Shown here: positions 37,053 through 46,310 of the stretch, piece after piece | Position numbering within the stretch: the stretch's first letter is position 1 | Layout of the letters: every line of letters starts with the position of its first letter | Source: Alphaproteobacteria bacterium | Lineage (GTDB): Bacteria; Pseudomonadota; Alphaproteobacteria; Rhizobiales; Aestuariivirgaceae | DNA length: 64,000 nucleotides | NCBI GenBank assembly: GCA_024640405.1 | Contig: JAHEFB010000009.1 | Coordinates: forward strand, 28,243 to 92,242 | Direction: 5' to 3' | Notes under the pieces: generated by a model | The model's input: the letters and a program-made list of their open reading frames with translations, nothing else | Told to the model about the DNA's origin: nothing | Database searches by the model: none | Program-made: the position numbers and the translations under genes

Positions 37053-38177
37053 CTACTGATCCGGCACACCAATCGCCACGGGCCTGACGGGTGACCCAGC
37101 GTGACCCTTCTCGCGCAGCGGCAGTATCATTGTGCACGAGGTCCAAACCTTGTCTTTGGCCAGTGCTCCCAGATTGGCGTTTTGTATCTGGTGTATCCCG
37201 GCCACTGCCAGATTGTAGTGATGAATATAGAAGGGCAAGCCTTGATCCATGCCCTGTGGTGGTGGTGATTTGCGGGCCAACTGGCCGTCAGCGACCGGAT
37301 CGGTGAAGGGATTGTCCAGCGCCAGTAGAACGATCTTGCGCTCAGCCAGATATTCTGCGGCGTCAATCGCCAGGCCGGGTCCCTTGGTGTAGTAAGTCTT
37401 GTCCTCATCCGGATCAGACCAGTTATCTCCCCAACCGGTATAGATATAAACAACGTCGCCCGGCAGTATTCCGCGCCAGTCGAGGCCTTGCACCTTCAGC
37501 ATGGCTTCTATGTCCGCTTTGGTGACAAGGGTACCGGGTTCAAGAGTTTTTCCGCCACCGACATGTGTCTTTGCATCAAGCAACACAGCCGACGTCACGA
37601 TCGGCGGTACATTCTCGATGCCCAGCTTGAGCAGTGGAGAATCCGGTGAAGGTTTCACGTCCGACTGACTGTAATTGCCATAATACCGGGCCGACCCGAC
37701 CGGGGCATTTCCTTCTCCGTCCCACGGCTTGTCGTAATAGGCAAAGTGCCCAAGGGCATCCATCTGGGTACCCTGGGCACCGGGTTCTCCACCGTTTACC
37801 TGCTCGCCGTTAAACACATGCCGGGTACCGGGTATCGAAACCGAAGGAGTATAGGTAAACGACAACGGGCGGCCGAACGGTGAGGCAGGCATGGAATTGG
37901 ACCTCAGGTGATTGAGTTCGTAAACCCTGGAACTGGTATTTGCCATGTGCGCAGAACATCTCAGCCAGGTCCCTGCTCCCAGCGTATTTGCCATGCCTTT
38001 CTGGTCTCCAGCAGGCCACGGCCCTGTCGGGACCAGTGATTTCGACTGTTCTACCAGTGCCTTGTGTTGATCAGATGCTGCGAGCGATGGCACAGGCGAC
38101 GCCACAGCAAAACAGAGCGCTGTTGCGGCAAAGCCTGCACAACGCTGAACATTGGTCAAATATGCCGGGTAACTCAT
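37053..38177 (-). CDS. Exported cyclase family protein (kynurenine formamidase/isatin hydrolase-like)
   Basis: GGGAGG SD; signal peptide; GTQMDALGH, PGDVV.I.TGW, GPGL and NANL motifs. Confidence 0.85.
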   Translation of the reverse strand: MSYPAYLTNVQRCAGFAATALCFAVASPVPSLAASDQHKALVEQSKSLVPTGPWPAGDQKGMANTLGAGTWLRCSAHMANTSSRVYELNHLRSNSMPASPFGRPLSFTYTPSVSIPGTRHVFNGEQVNGGEPGAQGTQMDALGHFAYYDKPWDGEGNAPVGSARYYGNYSQSDVKPSPDSPLLKLGIENVPPIVTSAVLLDAKTHVGGGKTLEPGTLVTKADIEAMLKVQGLDWRGILPGDVVYIYTGWGDNWSDPDEDKTYYTKGPGLAIDAAEYLAERKIVLLALDNPFTDPVADGQLARKSPPPQGMDQGLPFYIHHYNLAVAGIHQIQNANLGALAKDKVWTSCTMILPLREKGHAGSPVRPVAIGVPDQ

Positions 38178-38378
38178 TGCTTCCTCCCGCGAAGTTTTCT
38201 TTGAAAGTAAATATGAAACTCGACAAGGCGTCCATTTGTTTGTGCCCTGGAGAAATAGCATCACGTTCACAATCCGGTAACGCCGGTGCTTGCGTCCGCG
38301 CAAATCCGTCACCTAGTATGGCCCACCAGGTTAGACAGATGACCTTGTTGAACAGGCTACCAGGCCCCTGCCCCCTCG

Positions 38379-40097
38379 ATGCTGACCCGAACAGACATAT
38401 TTCCTGACCCCGACCTGCCTGATGCTGCGCAGGTTATTGCCCAGGGCAATGCCATGGCAATGGACTGGCAAGTTCAGCCTGGTGCATTTCTGCAACATCA
38501 CGGCGTATCCTGCGAAGCGGACTACAAACGCCGGCACACAGATGAAGCAAAACTGATGCAGCATGCCCAGATCGGTTGGCGTGATCCGGAAAAGTCCCGC
38601 CGGGCCTGGACGGACATCCACGAGCGTTGCGCAGCAGGCGATGTCACCATCGACCGCTACGGCATCTGCCTCGACTGGTCGATGGGTGTTCCGCGGGATC
38701 AGCGCGGAGACGCCATGCGCGGCACCGGCCTGATCCTTGATACCCCCGAGCAGTTTGCGGACCTGACCAGGGGCGCTCCGGTTGCACCGCACTTTGGAGA
38801 TTTTGTCCTGGGGTTTCCGGCCTCGGTTGAAAACACCTGTGCGGCCCTGAACGCAGGTTCCACCAGCATTGGCAATCTCGGGCAATACTTTACCTTTCGA
38901 TTGCAAAACCACTCCGACGACGTGGTCTGCACGACAGCCACGCTGACCTCACTTGCATTGATTGGCGCACAACCGGTTGAGATACTGGTTCATTCAAATC
39001 TGGACGATGGGTTTGCAGCCCTGTTTGGCGATCTATCGAGCACGCTTGGGGCGGTATTGCTGGAGCGCCACATCGGCCGGCTTGTCGGCGTCAAGGTCAG
39101 CCATTGCTGGGGCCATCATTTTTCTGATCCGGTTCGGCGGCTGGCCTTTCACATTGCCCTTGCCGAGGTTTCGGATACGGCGGGCACAATGATTTACGGC
39201 AACACCACCAGTTATCGCGGACCACGGGAGGAAAACTTTGCCAGCTTGTCCAGCTACCTGTCGGTGGATATTGCCGGCCAACTGCTGTCACCGACCGGAC
39301 ACGCCATCAATCCGGTGCCGGTAACCGAAAACGAACGCATTCCCGACGTATCGGAGGTCGTCGAAGCGCAAAGGTTTGCAGCCCGCCTCATCGAACATCA
39401 AACCAGGCAAATGCCGCTGCTGAACCCTGCCCCTGCCCGATCTCTGGCTAAACGTCTGGTTTCCGGCGGACGGCAATTCTTCGACAATGCCATAAGCGGC
39501 CTTACCGAAGCAGGCATTGACACAAACAACGCGTTTGAGATGCTGCTGGCAATCCGCAGGCTGGGCGGCAGGCGCATGGAACTGATGTTCGCCGCGAAAG
39601 GCGACCCGATTGCCTCTGACATTGCCGAGGAAGTTGAAGAGATGGCTCACAGTCATCTGGCTCGGGTAGCCGGGGAAGACCGCCGATCACTTTCCAGACT
39701 GGAGCCGCGCGTTCTGACCGCCACCACAGACGTGCATGAACACGGCAAGCTGGTGCTGGACAAGGTGTTGTCCGGTGCTGGTGTTCGTTTGATTGACGGC
39801 GGTACTTCTGTCGAGCCACAGGAACTGGCATCCAGGGCACGAAGCGAGCGGGCCGACGCCATCGCCTTGTCTACCTACAACGGTGTGGCATTGAACTATT
39901 ACAACGCATTGCGCGAACATCTTGGCAATCAGATTCCGGTTCTGATCGGCGGCAGACTCAACCAGGTGCCGGACAGTTCCAACACGTCACTGCCCGTGGA
40001 TGTTGCAGATCAACTCGCAGGCGCAGGTGCCATTGTCTGCCGCGAGATAGAAGATGCCGTTCCAGCCCTGCTAAACGCTTTGAAGGAAACAACATGA
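38379..40097 (+). CDS. Cobalamin-binding protein, single-chain mutase-like (large N-terminal domain plus C-terminal B12-binding domain)
   Basis: C-terminal TDVHEHGK (DxHxxG), ALSTYNG and IGG B12 signature; no radical SAM CxxxCxxC. Confidence 0.8.
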   Translation: MLTRTDIFPDPDLPDAAQVIAQGNAMAMDWQVQPGAFLQHHGVSCEADYKRRHTDEAKLMQHAQIGWRDPEKSRRAWTDIHERCAAGDVTIDRYGICLDWSMGVPRDQRGDAMRGTGLILDTPEQFADLTRGAPVAPHFGDFVLGFPASVENTCAALNAGSTSIGNLGQYFTFRLQNHSDDVVCTTATLTSLALIGAQPVEILVHSNLDDGFAALFGDLSSTLGAVLLERHIGRLVGVKVSHCWGHHFSDPVRRLAFHIALAEVSDTAGTMIYGNTTSYRGPREENFASLSSYLSVDIAGQLLSPTGHAINPVPVTENERIPDVSEVVEAQRFAARLIEHQTRQMPLLNPAPARSLAKRLVSGGRQFFDNAISGLTEAGIDTNNAFEMLLAIRRLGGRRMELMFAAKGDPIASDIAEEVEEMAHSHLARVAGEDRRSLSRLEPRVLTATTDVHEHGKLVLDKVLSGAGVRLIDGGTSVEPQELASRARSERADAIALSTYNGVALNYYNALREHLGNQIPVLIGGRLNQVPDSSNTSLPVDVADQLAGAGAIVCREIEDAVPALLNALKETT

Positions 40098-40846
40098 TCA
40101 AGACAATAGGGGTTATCGGGACAGGCCATCTCATCAAGCACATGATGCCCGCCATGATCAAAACCGGCGCTCGCTTCCTGATTTCAGAACGCGGTCGCGA
40201 AACATCTGCTGAACTGGCCGACCTCTATGATGTCGAAATATGCAAAGACAACCAGTACATCGTCGATCACTCCGATATCCTGATACTCGCAGTCCGTCCT
40301 TTCGATGCATTGACGGTATGTGACGGGCTGTCATTTCCGGATGGCCAGACGGTGTTGAGCCTGTGCGCAGGCATTGCTTCATCAGATCTTGCGCCAGCCG
40401 TTTTGCCAGCAAGCCTGGTCATGGCGATGCCGGTGGTCGCTGCCCAGTTCGGCGAAAGTCCGACACTGATTTTTCCGGATGACCCGGAATGTCGAGCGCT
40501 ACTGGAATTCTGTGGTCCCGTATTGGCCCTGAAGGCAGAAGACAGCTTTGCACCGGCAGCAACAATTGCGTGTTACTACGGCTGGGTGCAGGAACTGATA
40601 TCGCAGATGTCGGACTGGGTGTCGGAGCACGGTGTTGATCCAGAAACGGCACGGCTGCTGACTGCCCAGATGACGCGCGCGGCCGCGACGACAGTGAGAG
40701 AACGCCCGCAATCTCCAATCGACGAACTTGTCGCTGAACTGGCCACGCCGAGATCCTTCACTTTGAAGGGACTTGAGGTCCTGCGTGCGGCTGATGCATT
40801 CACGCCCTGGCAACAGGCAGCGGATTCCCTGTTGAGTTCCGATTAA
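40094..40846 (+). CDS. Pyrroline-5-carboxylate reductase-like NAD(P)-dependent oxidoreductase
   Basis: IGVIGTG, ILAVRP, SLCAG and AMPVV; dimerisation domain; ATGA overlap with the upstream gene. Confidence 0.82.
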   Translation: MIKTIGVIGTGHLIKHMMPAMIKTGARFLISERGRETSAELADLYDVEICKDNQYIVDHSDILILAVRPFDALTVCDGLSFPDGQTVLSLCAGIASSDLAPAVLPASLVMAMPVVAAQFGESPTLIFPDDPECRALLEFCGPVLALKAEDSFAPAATIACYYGWVQELISQMSDWVSEHGVDPETARLLTAQMTRAAATTVRERPQSPIDELVAELATPRSFTLKGLEVLRAADAFTPWQQAADSLLSSD

Positions 40847-40876
40847 CCCCGTTCAAAATGACGCAATGTCGGCAAA

Positions 40877-40905
40877 TTGACTTTTCCCTCGCGAATCCGC
40901 ATATA
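40877..40905 (+). promoter_or_regulatory. Sigma70 promoter TTGACT-N17-CATATA for DEAD-box helicase with ~145-nt leader
   Basis: Near-consensus hexamers at 17-nt spacing. Confidence 0.6.
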
Positions 40906-41055
40906 AGCGGCTGTACGTTTCGGCGCCAGGCGTGAGGTGCCGTAAAAGAGGATGCAGACATCCGGTCTGATCCCGGCACATCAACCTGCTGCAATGGGCA
41001 CGGCGACATTATACGCCAGCCAGTGCGGCGCTTATAGAACGGTCTCTAGAACTTT

Positions 41056-42507
41056 ATGTCATTCGATACACTCGGCCTTAGCGAAAAGGTCCTCACCGCC
41101 GTCACGGACGCCGGTTTTTCTGAACCAACAAAGATCCAGGCAGAAGCAATACCCCCCGCGCTTGAGCGCAAGGACGTTTTGGGGCTTGCCCAGACAGGCT
41201 CCGGCAAGACTGCCGCCTTTACACTGCCGATGCTGAACATTCTGGAAAAGGGCCGCGCCCGGGCACGGATGCCGCGCACCCTTATTCTGGAACCGACCAG
41301 GGAACTGGCTGCCCAGGTGCATGAAGCGTTCGAACTGCTCGGCAAGAACCACAAACTGAATATTGCGCTGCTGATGGGCGGAGTTTCCTTTGAGGAACAA
41401 AACCGCAAGATCGACCGTGGCGCGGATGTGGTGATCGCAACGCCGGGCCGGCTGCTTGATCATGTCGAGCGCGGCAAACTGATGCTTACCCACATCGAGA
41501 TTTTTGTTGTAGATGAAGCAGACCGGATGCTCGACATGGGCTTTATTCCCGATATCGAGCGCGTCGCAAAACTATTGCCCATCACCCGGCAGACTTTGTT
41601 TTTCTCGGCCACCATGCCGCCTGAAATCCAGCGCCTCACCAACCAGTTCCTGCACAACCCGGTAGAAATCAAGGCGCAGGCACTTTCGTCTACCGCAGAG
41701 ACCATTACCCAGCGGGCGGTCTATGCACCGTCCGATGAAGCATCCAAGCGGGATGCATTGCGCGACCTGATGCGCGGGCATACCAACGACGTGAAGAACG
41801 CAATCATCTTCGCCAACCGCAAGACGACCGTGGCCGTTCTGGAAAAATCGCTGCAAAAGCACGGATTTTCCTGTGGTGCGCTGCATGGCGACATGGATCA
41901 GCGTTCACGCCTGAAAACGCTTGACGCCTTCCGCAACAACGACATCACATATCTGATCGCATCTGACGTCGCCGCCCGCGGGCTCGATATTCCTGATGTC
42001 AGTCATGTCTACAACTATGATGTGCCCACCCATTCTGAAGACTATGTGCACCGCATCGGGCGTACCGGCCGGGCCGGGCGTCTGGGCAATGCCTATACGC
42101 TGGTGAAGTGGGAAGAGTTCCGCGCGCTCAAGGACATTGAGGACCTGATCAAGAAAGCTATTGATTGGGACGGCGAAGCGCCGAGCGACGAAGAAATTGC
42201 CGAGTCGATTTCGTCAAAGGGAAGACGCCGCCGCGGCAGCAGATCTACAGGACCAAAACCCAAGCCGGCTGCGAAAAAAGCCCGATCCAGAAAGACTGAA
42301 GAAAAGCCACAAGTGGTTGAGAAGCAGGAACAGGCACCTGTGGAGGCGAAGCTGGAAAAACGCCACCCGGAAGAAAAACCGCAGCGTGAACGCGGTGGCA
42401 GAGGGCACGGGCGCGGCGGCAGAGGCCGCGACAGTGATCACGACGACACCCCGTCAATGTTTACCGAGGAAAACATGCCGGCATTCCTGGCACGTCCGGC
42501 AATCTAA
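41056..42507 (+). CDS. DEAD-box RNA helicase (RhlE-like) with charged/RGG C-terminal tail
   Basis: Q motif, AQTGSGKT, PTRELA, TPGRL, DEAD, SAT, ARGLD and HRIGRTGRA. Confidence 0.95.
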   Translation: MSFDTLGLSEKVLTAVTDAGFSEPTKIQAEAIPPALERKDVLGLAQTGSGKTAAFTLPMLNILEKGRARARMPRTLILEPTRELAAQVHEAFELLGKNHKLNIALLMGGVSFEEQNRKIDRGADVVIATPGRLLDHVERGKLMLTHIEIFVVDEADRMLDMGFIPDIERVAKLLPITRQTLFFSATMPPEIQRLTNQFLHNPVEIKAQALSSTAETITQRAVYAPSDEASKRDALRDLMRGHTNDVKNAIIFANRKTTVAVLEKSLQKHGFSCGALHGDMDQRSRLKTLDAFRNNDITYLIASDVAARGLDIPDVSHVYNYDVPTHSEDYVHRIGRTGRAGRLGNAYTLVKWEEFRALKDIEDLIKKAIDWDGEAPSDEEIAESISSKGRRRRGSRSTGPKPKPAAKKARSRKTEEKPQVVEKQEQAPVEAKLEKRHPEEKPQRERGGRGHGRGGRGRDSDHDDTPSMFTEENMPAFLARPAI

Positions 42508-42527
42508 AGCATGTAGCGGTTAGAGCT

Positions 42528-42932
42528 TCAGCCGCCTTGCAGGACGTCGGCTGATACCGGCGTCAATTCAATTGATTCGCCACAACCGCAGGCGCTTGTC
42601 TGGTTCGGATTGTTGAATACAAAACCTGCACGCAATTTTGTGACTTCGTAATCCATGTTGGTACCGAACAGGAACAGGACGGCTTTTGCCTCAATGAGGA
42701 CACGAGCGCCCCTGTCCTCGATCACTTCGTCGAACTTGTCGGGTTCATCGACGAATTCCATGGTGTATTCCATGCCCGCGCAACCGCCGTTTTTCACGCC
42801 GATGCGAAGCCCTCCCGTGTCTGATTCCGATCGGGACATCAGCTGTTTGATGCGATCCACCGCGGCATCCGTCAATGTCATGACGGTTGGCCGGGGCCGG
42901 CTGTTTGAAGCATTTACATCAATGGCAGTCAT
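42528..42932 (-). CDS. sufA: A-type Fe-S carrier (SufA/IscA, HesB family)
   Basis: GGCAG and CGCGESI motifs. Confidence 0.92.
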   Translation of the reverse strand: MTAIDVNASNSRPRPTVMTLTDAAVDRIKQLMSRSESDTGGLRIGVKNGGCAGMEYTMEFVDEPDKFDEVIEDRGARVLIEAKAVLFLFGTNMDYEVTKLRAGFVFNNPNQTSACGCGESIELTPVSADVLQGG

Positions 42933-42938
42933 CTCAAA

Positions 42939-43346
42939 TCACCACATATTCAGCGCGACACGCGCTTCATCCGACATGCGCGACGGATCCCATGGCGGAT
43001 CAAACACCAGTTCCACATCGACATCCATAACGCCTTCAACGGTTCGGACAGCGTCGGCCACCCAACCCGGCATGTCACCGGCAACGGGACATCCCGGAGC
43101 CGTCAATGTCATATCGACCTTGACCGACCGATCGTCGCCCACATCAATTTTGTAGATCAACCCCAGTTCAAAAACGTCGACCGGGATTTCCGGATCATAG
43201 ACGGTCTTGATCGCGGCAATCATGTCATCGGTCATTCGCGTCAATTCCTCTTTGGGAATTGAAGACGATAACGATGGATTCTGATGCTCCGACTCAATCG
43301 TTTCAGGAACCGGTGCGGGTGCGCACGATGTGTTTGAATCTTCCAT
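42939..43346 (-). CDS. sufT: SUF system Fe-S assembly protein (SufT/DUF59)
   Basis: VYDPEIPV, MTLTAPGCPVA and DPPWD motifs. Confidence 0.9.
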   Translation of the reverse strand: MEDSNTSCAPAPVPETIESEHQNPSLSSSIPKEELTRMTDDMIAAIKTVYDPEIPVDVFELGLIYKIDVGDDRSVKVDMTLTAPGCPVAGDMPGWVADAVRTVEGVMDVDVELVFDPPWDPSRMSDEARVALNMW

Positions 43347-43359
43347 GTCTTTCAACCTA

Positions 43360-44616
43360 TCACATAAACATCTTCTGTGCAGATGTAAGCGCTGCCGCCA
43401 GCCGATCAACATCTGCGGTGTTGTTATACATGCCGAACGACGCCCGGCAGGTTGCTGTGACGCCGAATTTCTGCAACAGCGGCATGGCGCAATGAGTGCC
43501 GGCGCGAACGGCGACGCCGTGCCGATCTATCACGGTTGATATGTCGTGCGCATGTGCGCCCTCCATCGCAAACGAGATAATGGCTCCCTTGGTCGGTGAG
43601 GTACCGAATATCTTGAGCGAGTTGATATGAGCCAACCGTTCATTGGCGTACTCGAGCAAGGATGCTTCATGCGCAGCGATCGCCTCGCGGCCTACACTGT
43701 CCATGTAATCAAGCGCCGCGCCCAGTCCAATAGCCTGGACTATGGCGGGGGTACCCGCCTCAAACCGGTGCGGCGGATCATTATAGGTGATGTCTTCCTG
43801 GGTCACTTCGATGATCATCTCGCCGCCGCCCTGGTAAGGCGGCATTTTGGCCAGCAATTCCTTTTTTCCGTACAGCACGCCTATACCGGACGGCCCATAG
43901 GTCTTGTGACCGGTAAAAACATAGAAATCAGCATCGAGGTCCTGCACGTCCACCGGCATGTGAACCGCGCCCTGCGACCCATCGACCAGAACCGGAATAC
44001 CGCGCTCATGGGCGATCTTGATGATTTCCTTGATCGGAACAACTGTGCCAAACGCGTTGGACATGTGGGTGATCGCCACCATTTTGGTGCGCGGCGTCAG
44101 TGTGTTGACGAAATCTTCCACATGCAGTGAGCCTTCTTCGTCCACCGGCACCCAGCGAAGGTTGGCGCCCCGGCGTTCGCGGTGGAAATGCCACGGCACG
44201 ATATTGGAGTGGTGCTCAAGGATGGAAATGACGATGTCATCGCCCTCCCCGATCACCATGCCGCCAAAACTCTGCGCAACAAGATTGATCGCGTCAGTTG
44301 CATTGCGGGTAAAGATCACCTGATCGGTCGACGGCGCATTCAGGAACCGGCGTGCACTTTCGCGTGCATCTTCAAATGCCTGGGTCGAGGTGTTCGACAG
44401 ATAGTGCAGGCCGCGATGCACATTGGCATATTCTTCAGAATAGGCTTTCTGGATCCGGTCCAGCACTACCTGCGGCTTCTGAGCCGATGCTCCATTGTCG
44501 AGATAGGTCAGCGGCTTGTCGCCATAGACAGGCCTGGCCAGGATCGGAAAATCCGCCCTGATTTTTTCGACGTCATATCCGGATGCCGGAATGATTTTTT
44601 TGGCTATTTCATTCAT
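43360..44616 (-). CDS. sufS: Cysteine desulfurase SufS
   Basis: YLDNGASAQKP, EHHSN, TGHK and VRAGTHCA motifs. Confidence 0.95.
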   Translation of the reverse strand: MNEIAKKIIPASGYDVEKIRADFPILARPVYGDKPLTYLDNGASAQKPQVVLDRIQKAYSEEYANVHRGLHYLSNTSTQAFEDARESARRFLNAPSTDQVIFTRNATDAINLVAQSFGGMVIGEGDDIVISILEHHSNIVPWHFHRERRGANLRWVPVDEEGSLHVEDFVNTLTPRTKMVAITHMSNAFGTVVPIKEIIKIAHERGIPVLVDGSQGAVHMPVDVQDLDADFYVFTGHKTYGPSGIGVLYGKKELLAKMPPYQGGGEMIIEVTQEDITYNDPPHRFEAGTPAIVQAIGLGAALDYMDSVGREAIAAHEASLLEYANERLAHINSLKIFGTSPTKGAIISFAMEGAHAHDISTVIDRHGVAVRAGTHCAMPLLQKFGVTATCRASFGMYNNTADVDRLAAALTSAQKMFM

Positions 44617-44989
44617 ACGACATGAACTCCATCAGCGAGCCATCGGGATCGCGGAAATAAACACTTGTGCCCCGCCCCATGGCGCCATGACGCTCGCAGG
44701 GGCCTTCCTCAATGGTGACGGCATGGGCCTGCAAATGCTCGATGGCGCCGGAAATCGGTCCGCGCCAGCGAAAACACAAATCGCTGTTGCCGGGCATCAC
44801 CGGCAGCCTGGCCACAGGCGAACCGTGCTGATCCGGCCCATGAATGTTCAGTTGCTGCTCACCCCAGCGGAACTGAAAACCATTGCCGAACGCAATGGCC
44901 TCGGCTCCCATCACATCGACATAAAACGCCTTCGCCTTGTCCCAGTCGGAGACGTGGATCACACAATGGTCGAAGGTGATGCGTGTCAT
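44609..44989 (-). CDS. VOC/glyoxalase family protein inside the suf operon
   Basis: FDHCVIHV...FY..VMG; SVYFRDPDGSLME. Confidence 0.88.
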   Translation of the reverse strand: MTRITFDHCVIHVSDWDKAKAFYVDVMGAEAIAFGNGFQFRWGEQQLNIHGPDQHGSPVARLPVMPGNSDLCFRWRGPISGAIEHLQAHAVTIEEGPCERHGAMGRGTSVYFRDPDGSLMEFMSYE

Positions 44990-44999
44990 GTTACCTTGC

Positions 45000-46295
45000 C
45001 TACCCCGCCTTGCGGCGTGCCAGCCAGCCTTCTGCCAGGCCGCCCAATACTTCACGGATCGCACCGCTTTCCACATCATCGAAAGCTTCAGCCGCAAAGG
45101 CTCCGATCAGCATGGACTTGGCTTCTGTTTCAGTTATGCCGCGTGCACGCAGGTAGAACATCTGGTCTTCGTCCAGGTCGCCCGAAGTTGCGCCATGTCC
45201 GCAAATCACGTCGTCGGCATAGATTTCCAGTTCCGGCTTGGCGTCAAACTCGGCATCAACCGACAGCAGCAAGGCATGGGATGACTGGTTGCCGTCGGTT
45301 TTCTGGGCATCTCGGCGCACAATCGCCTTGCCCTGAAACACCCCGCGGGCCGCCTGGTCCATCACGCACTTGAACAGCTCGCGCGACGTACAATTCGGTA
45401 CCGCATGGTCGATCACCAACCTGGTGTCATTGTGCTGCTTGCCGGTCAGCAGGAAGGCACCCGAGACGTAGCTTTCTGAATGTTCACCGTCAAATGTGAT
45501 GAACCCCTGCTGACGGGTGGCGCGACCGCCAATGGTCAGTGTGAAATCCTTCAGACAGGCGCTTTGTGCCAGGTGAACTTCCAGATTGGAAAGATGAATC
45601 GCTTCAAGACCTTCTTCCTGAACCTTCACACGATCCAGGCGGGCATTGTCACCAACATGCAGTTGTGTGACGGCATTGTGCAGGTACTCGCCGGTCCCGC
45701 CCACGTGGGTTTCGATCAGGGTCGCCGATGCGCCTTCGTCCAGCACCACGACATTGCGGGTAGTGTAGGTGGCCGCCTGTTCGGCGGTGGTGACAAACAA
45801 CAATTCGATCGGAGCGTCCATGCCGGAGCCGGCCTTGAAACGCAATGCTGCTCCATCGCTCATATAGGCGAGGTTGAGTGCCGCAATCGGGTCAGTTGAC
45901 CCGGCGACCAGTTTGTCCGACACCCATGCTGGCAAATCATCCGATCCAAGGCTGGCAAATTCAACGTCGCCGGTCGCCGGCAGCGATGAACGCCCGGGAT
46001 CATAGGAACCATCCACAAACACCAGCCGCGCGCGCGCCACATCGCCAAACGGCGAAGCGGCAATCAGATCGTCAATTGCCTCAGCGGATGCAGATGTGCC
46101 GGACGCAGGCGGCAGTGCTTTCGAGATCAACTGCCGCAGATCCGTCCACTTCCAGTCTTCCATGCGCCTGTGCGGCAAGCCTGTTTCGGCAAACTGTGCA
46201 AATGCCGACTTGCGCACATCCGCCAACGCACCTTGCGGGTCGAATGCATCCGCGTAGGCGGTCTCAGCAGGTGTTTTCATCAAGCTAACTGTCAT
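45000..46295 (-). CDS. sufD: Fe-S cluster assembly protein SufD
   Basis: E.WKWTDL, KPELEIYADDVICGHGAT and FYLRARGI motifs. Confidence 0.95.
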   Translation of the reverse strand: MTVSLMKTPAETAYADAFDPQGALADVRKSAFAQFAETGLPHRRMEDWKWTDLRQLISKALPPASGTSASAEAIDDLIAASPFGDVARARLVFVDGSYDPGRSSLPATGDVEFASLGSDDLPAWVSDKLVAGSTDPIAALNLAYMSDGAALRFKAGSGMDAPIELLFVTTAEQAATYTTRNVVVLDEGASATLIETHVGGTGEYLHNAVTQLHVGDNARLDRVKVQEEGLEAIHLSNLEVHLAQSACLKDFTLTIGGRATRQQGFITFDGEHSESYVSGAFLLTGKQHNDTRLVIDHAVPNCTSRELFKCVMDQAARGVFQGKAIVRRDAQKTDGNQSSHALLLSVDAEFDAKPELEIYADDVICGHGATSGDLDEDQMFYLRARGITETEAKSMLIGAFAAEAFDDVESGAIREVLGGLAEGWLARRKAG

Positions 46296-46310
46296 GACTT
46301 CATTCCCGCC

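Noticed and set aside
44591-45373. 260-aa + strand ORF; likewise 48285-49124 and 54731-55603
   Set aside because: Antisense to the well-supported VOC/sufD, sufB/iscS and DUF3971 genes.
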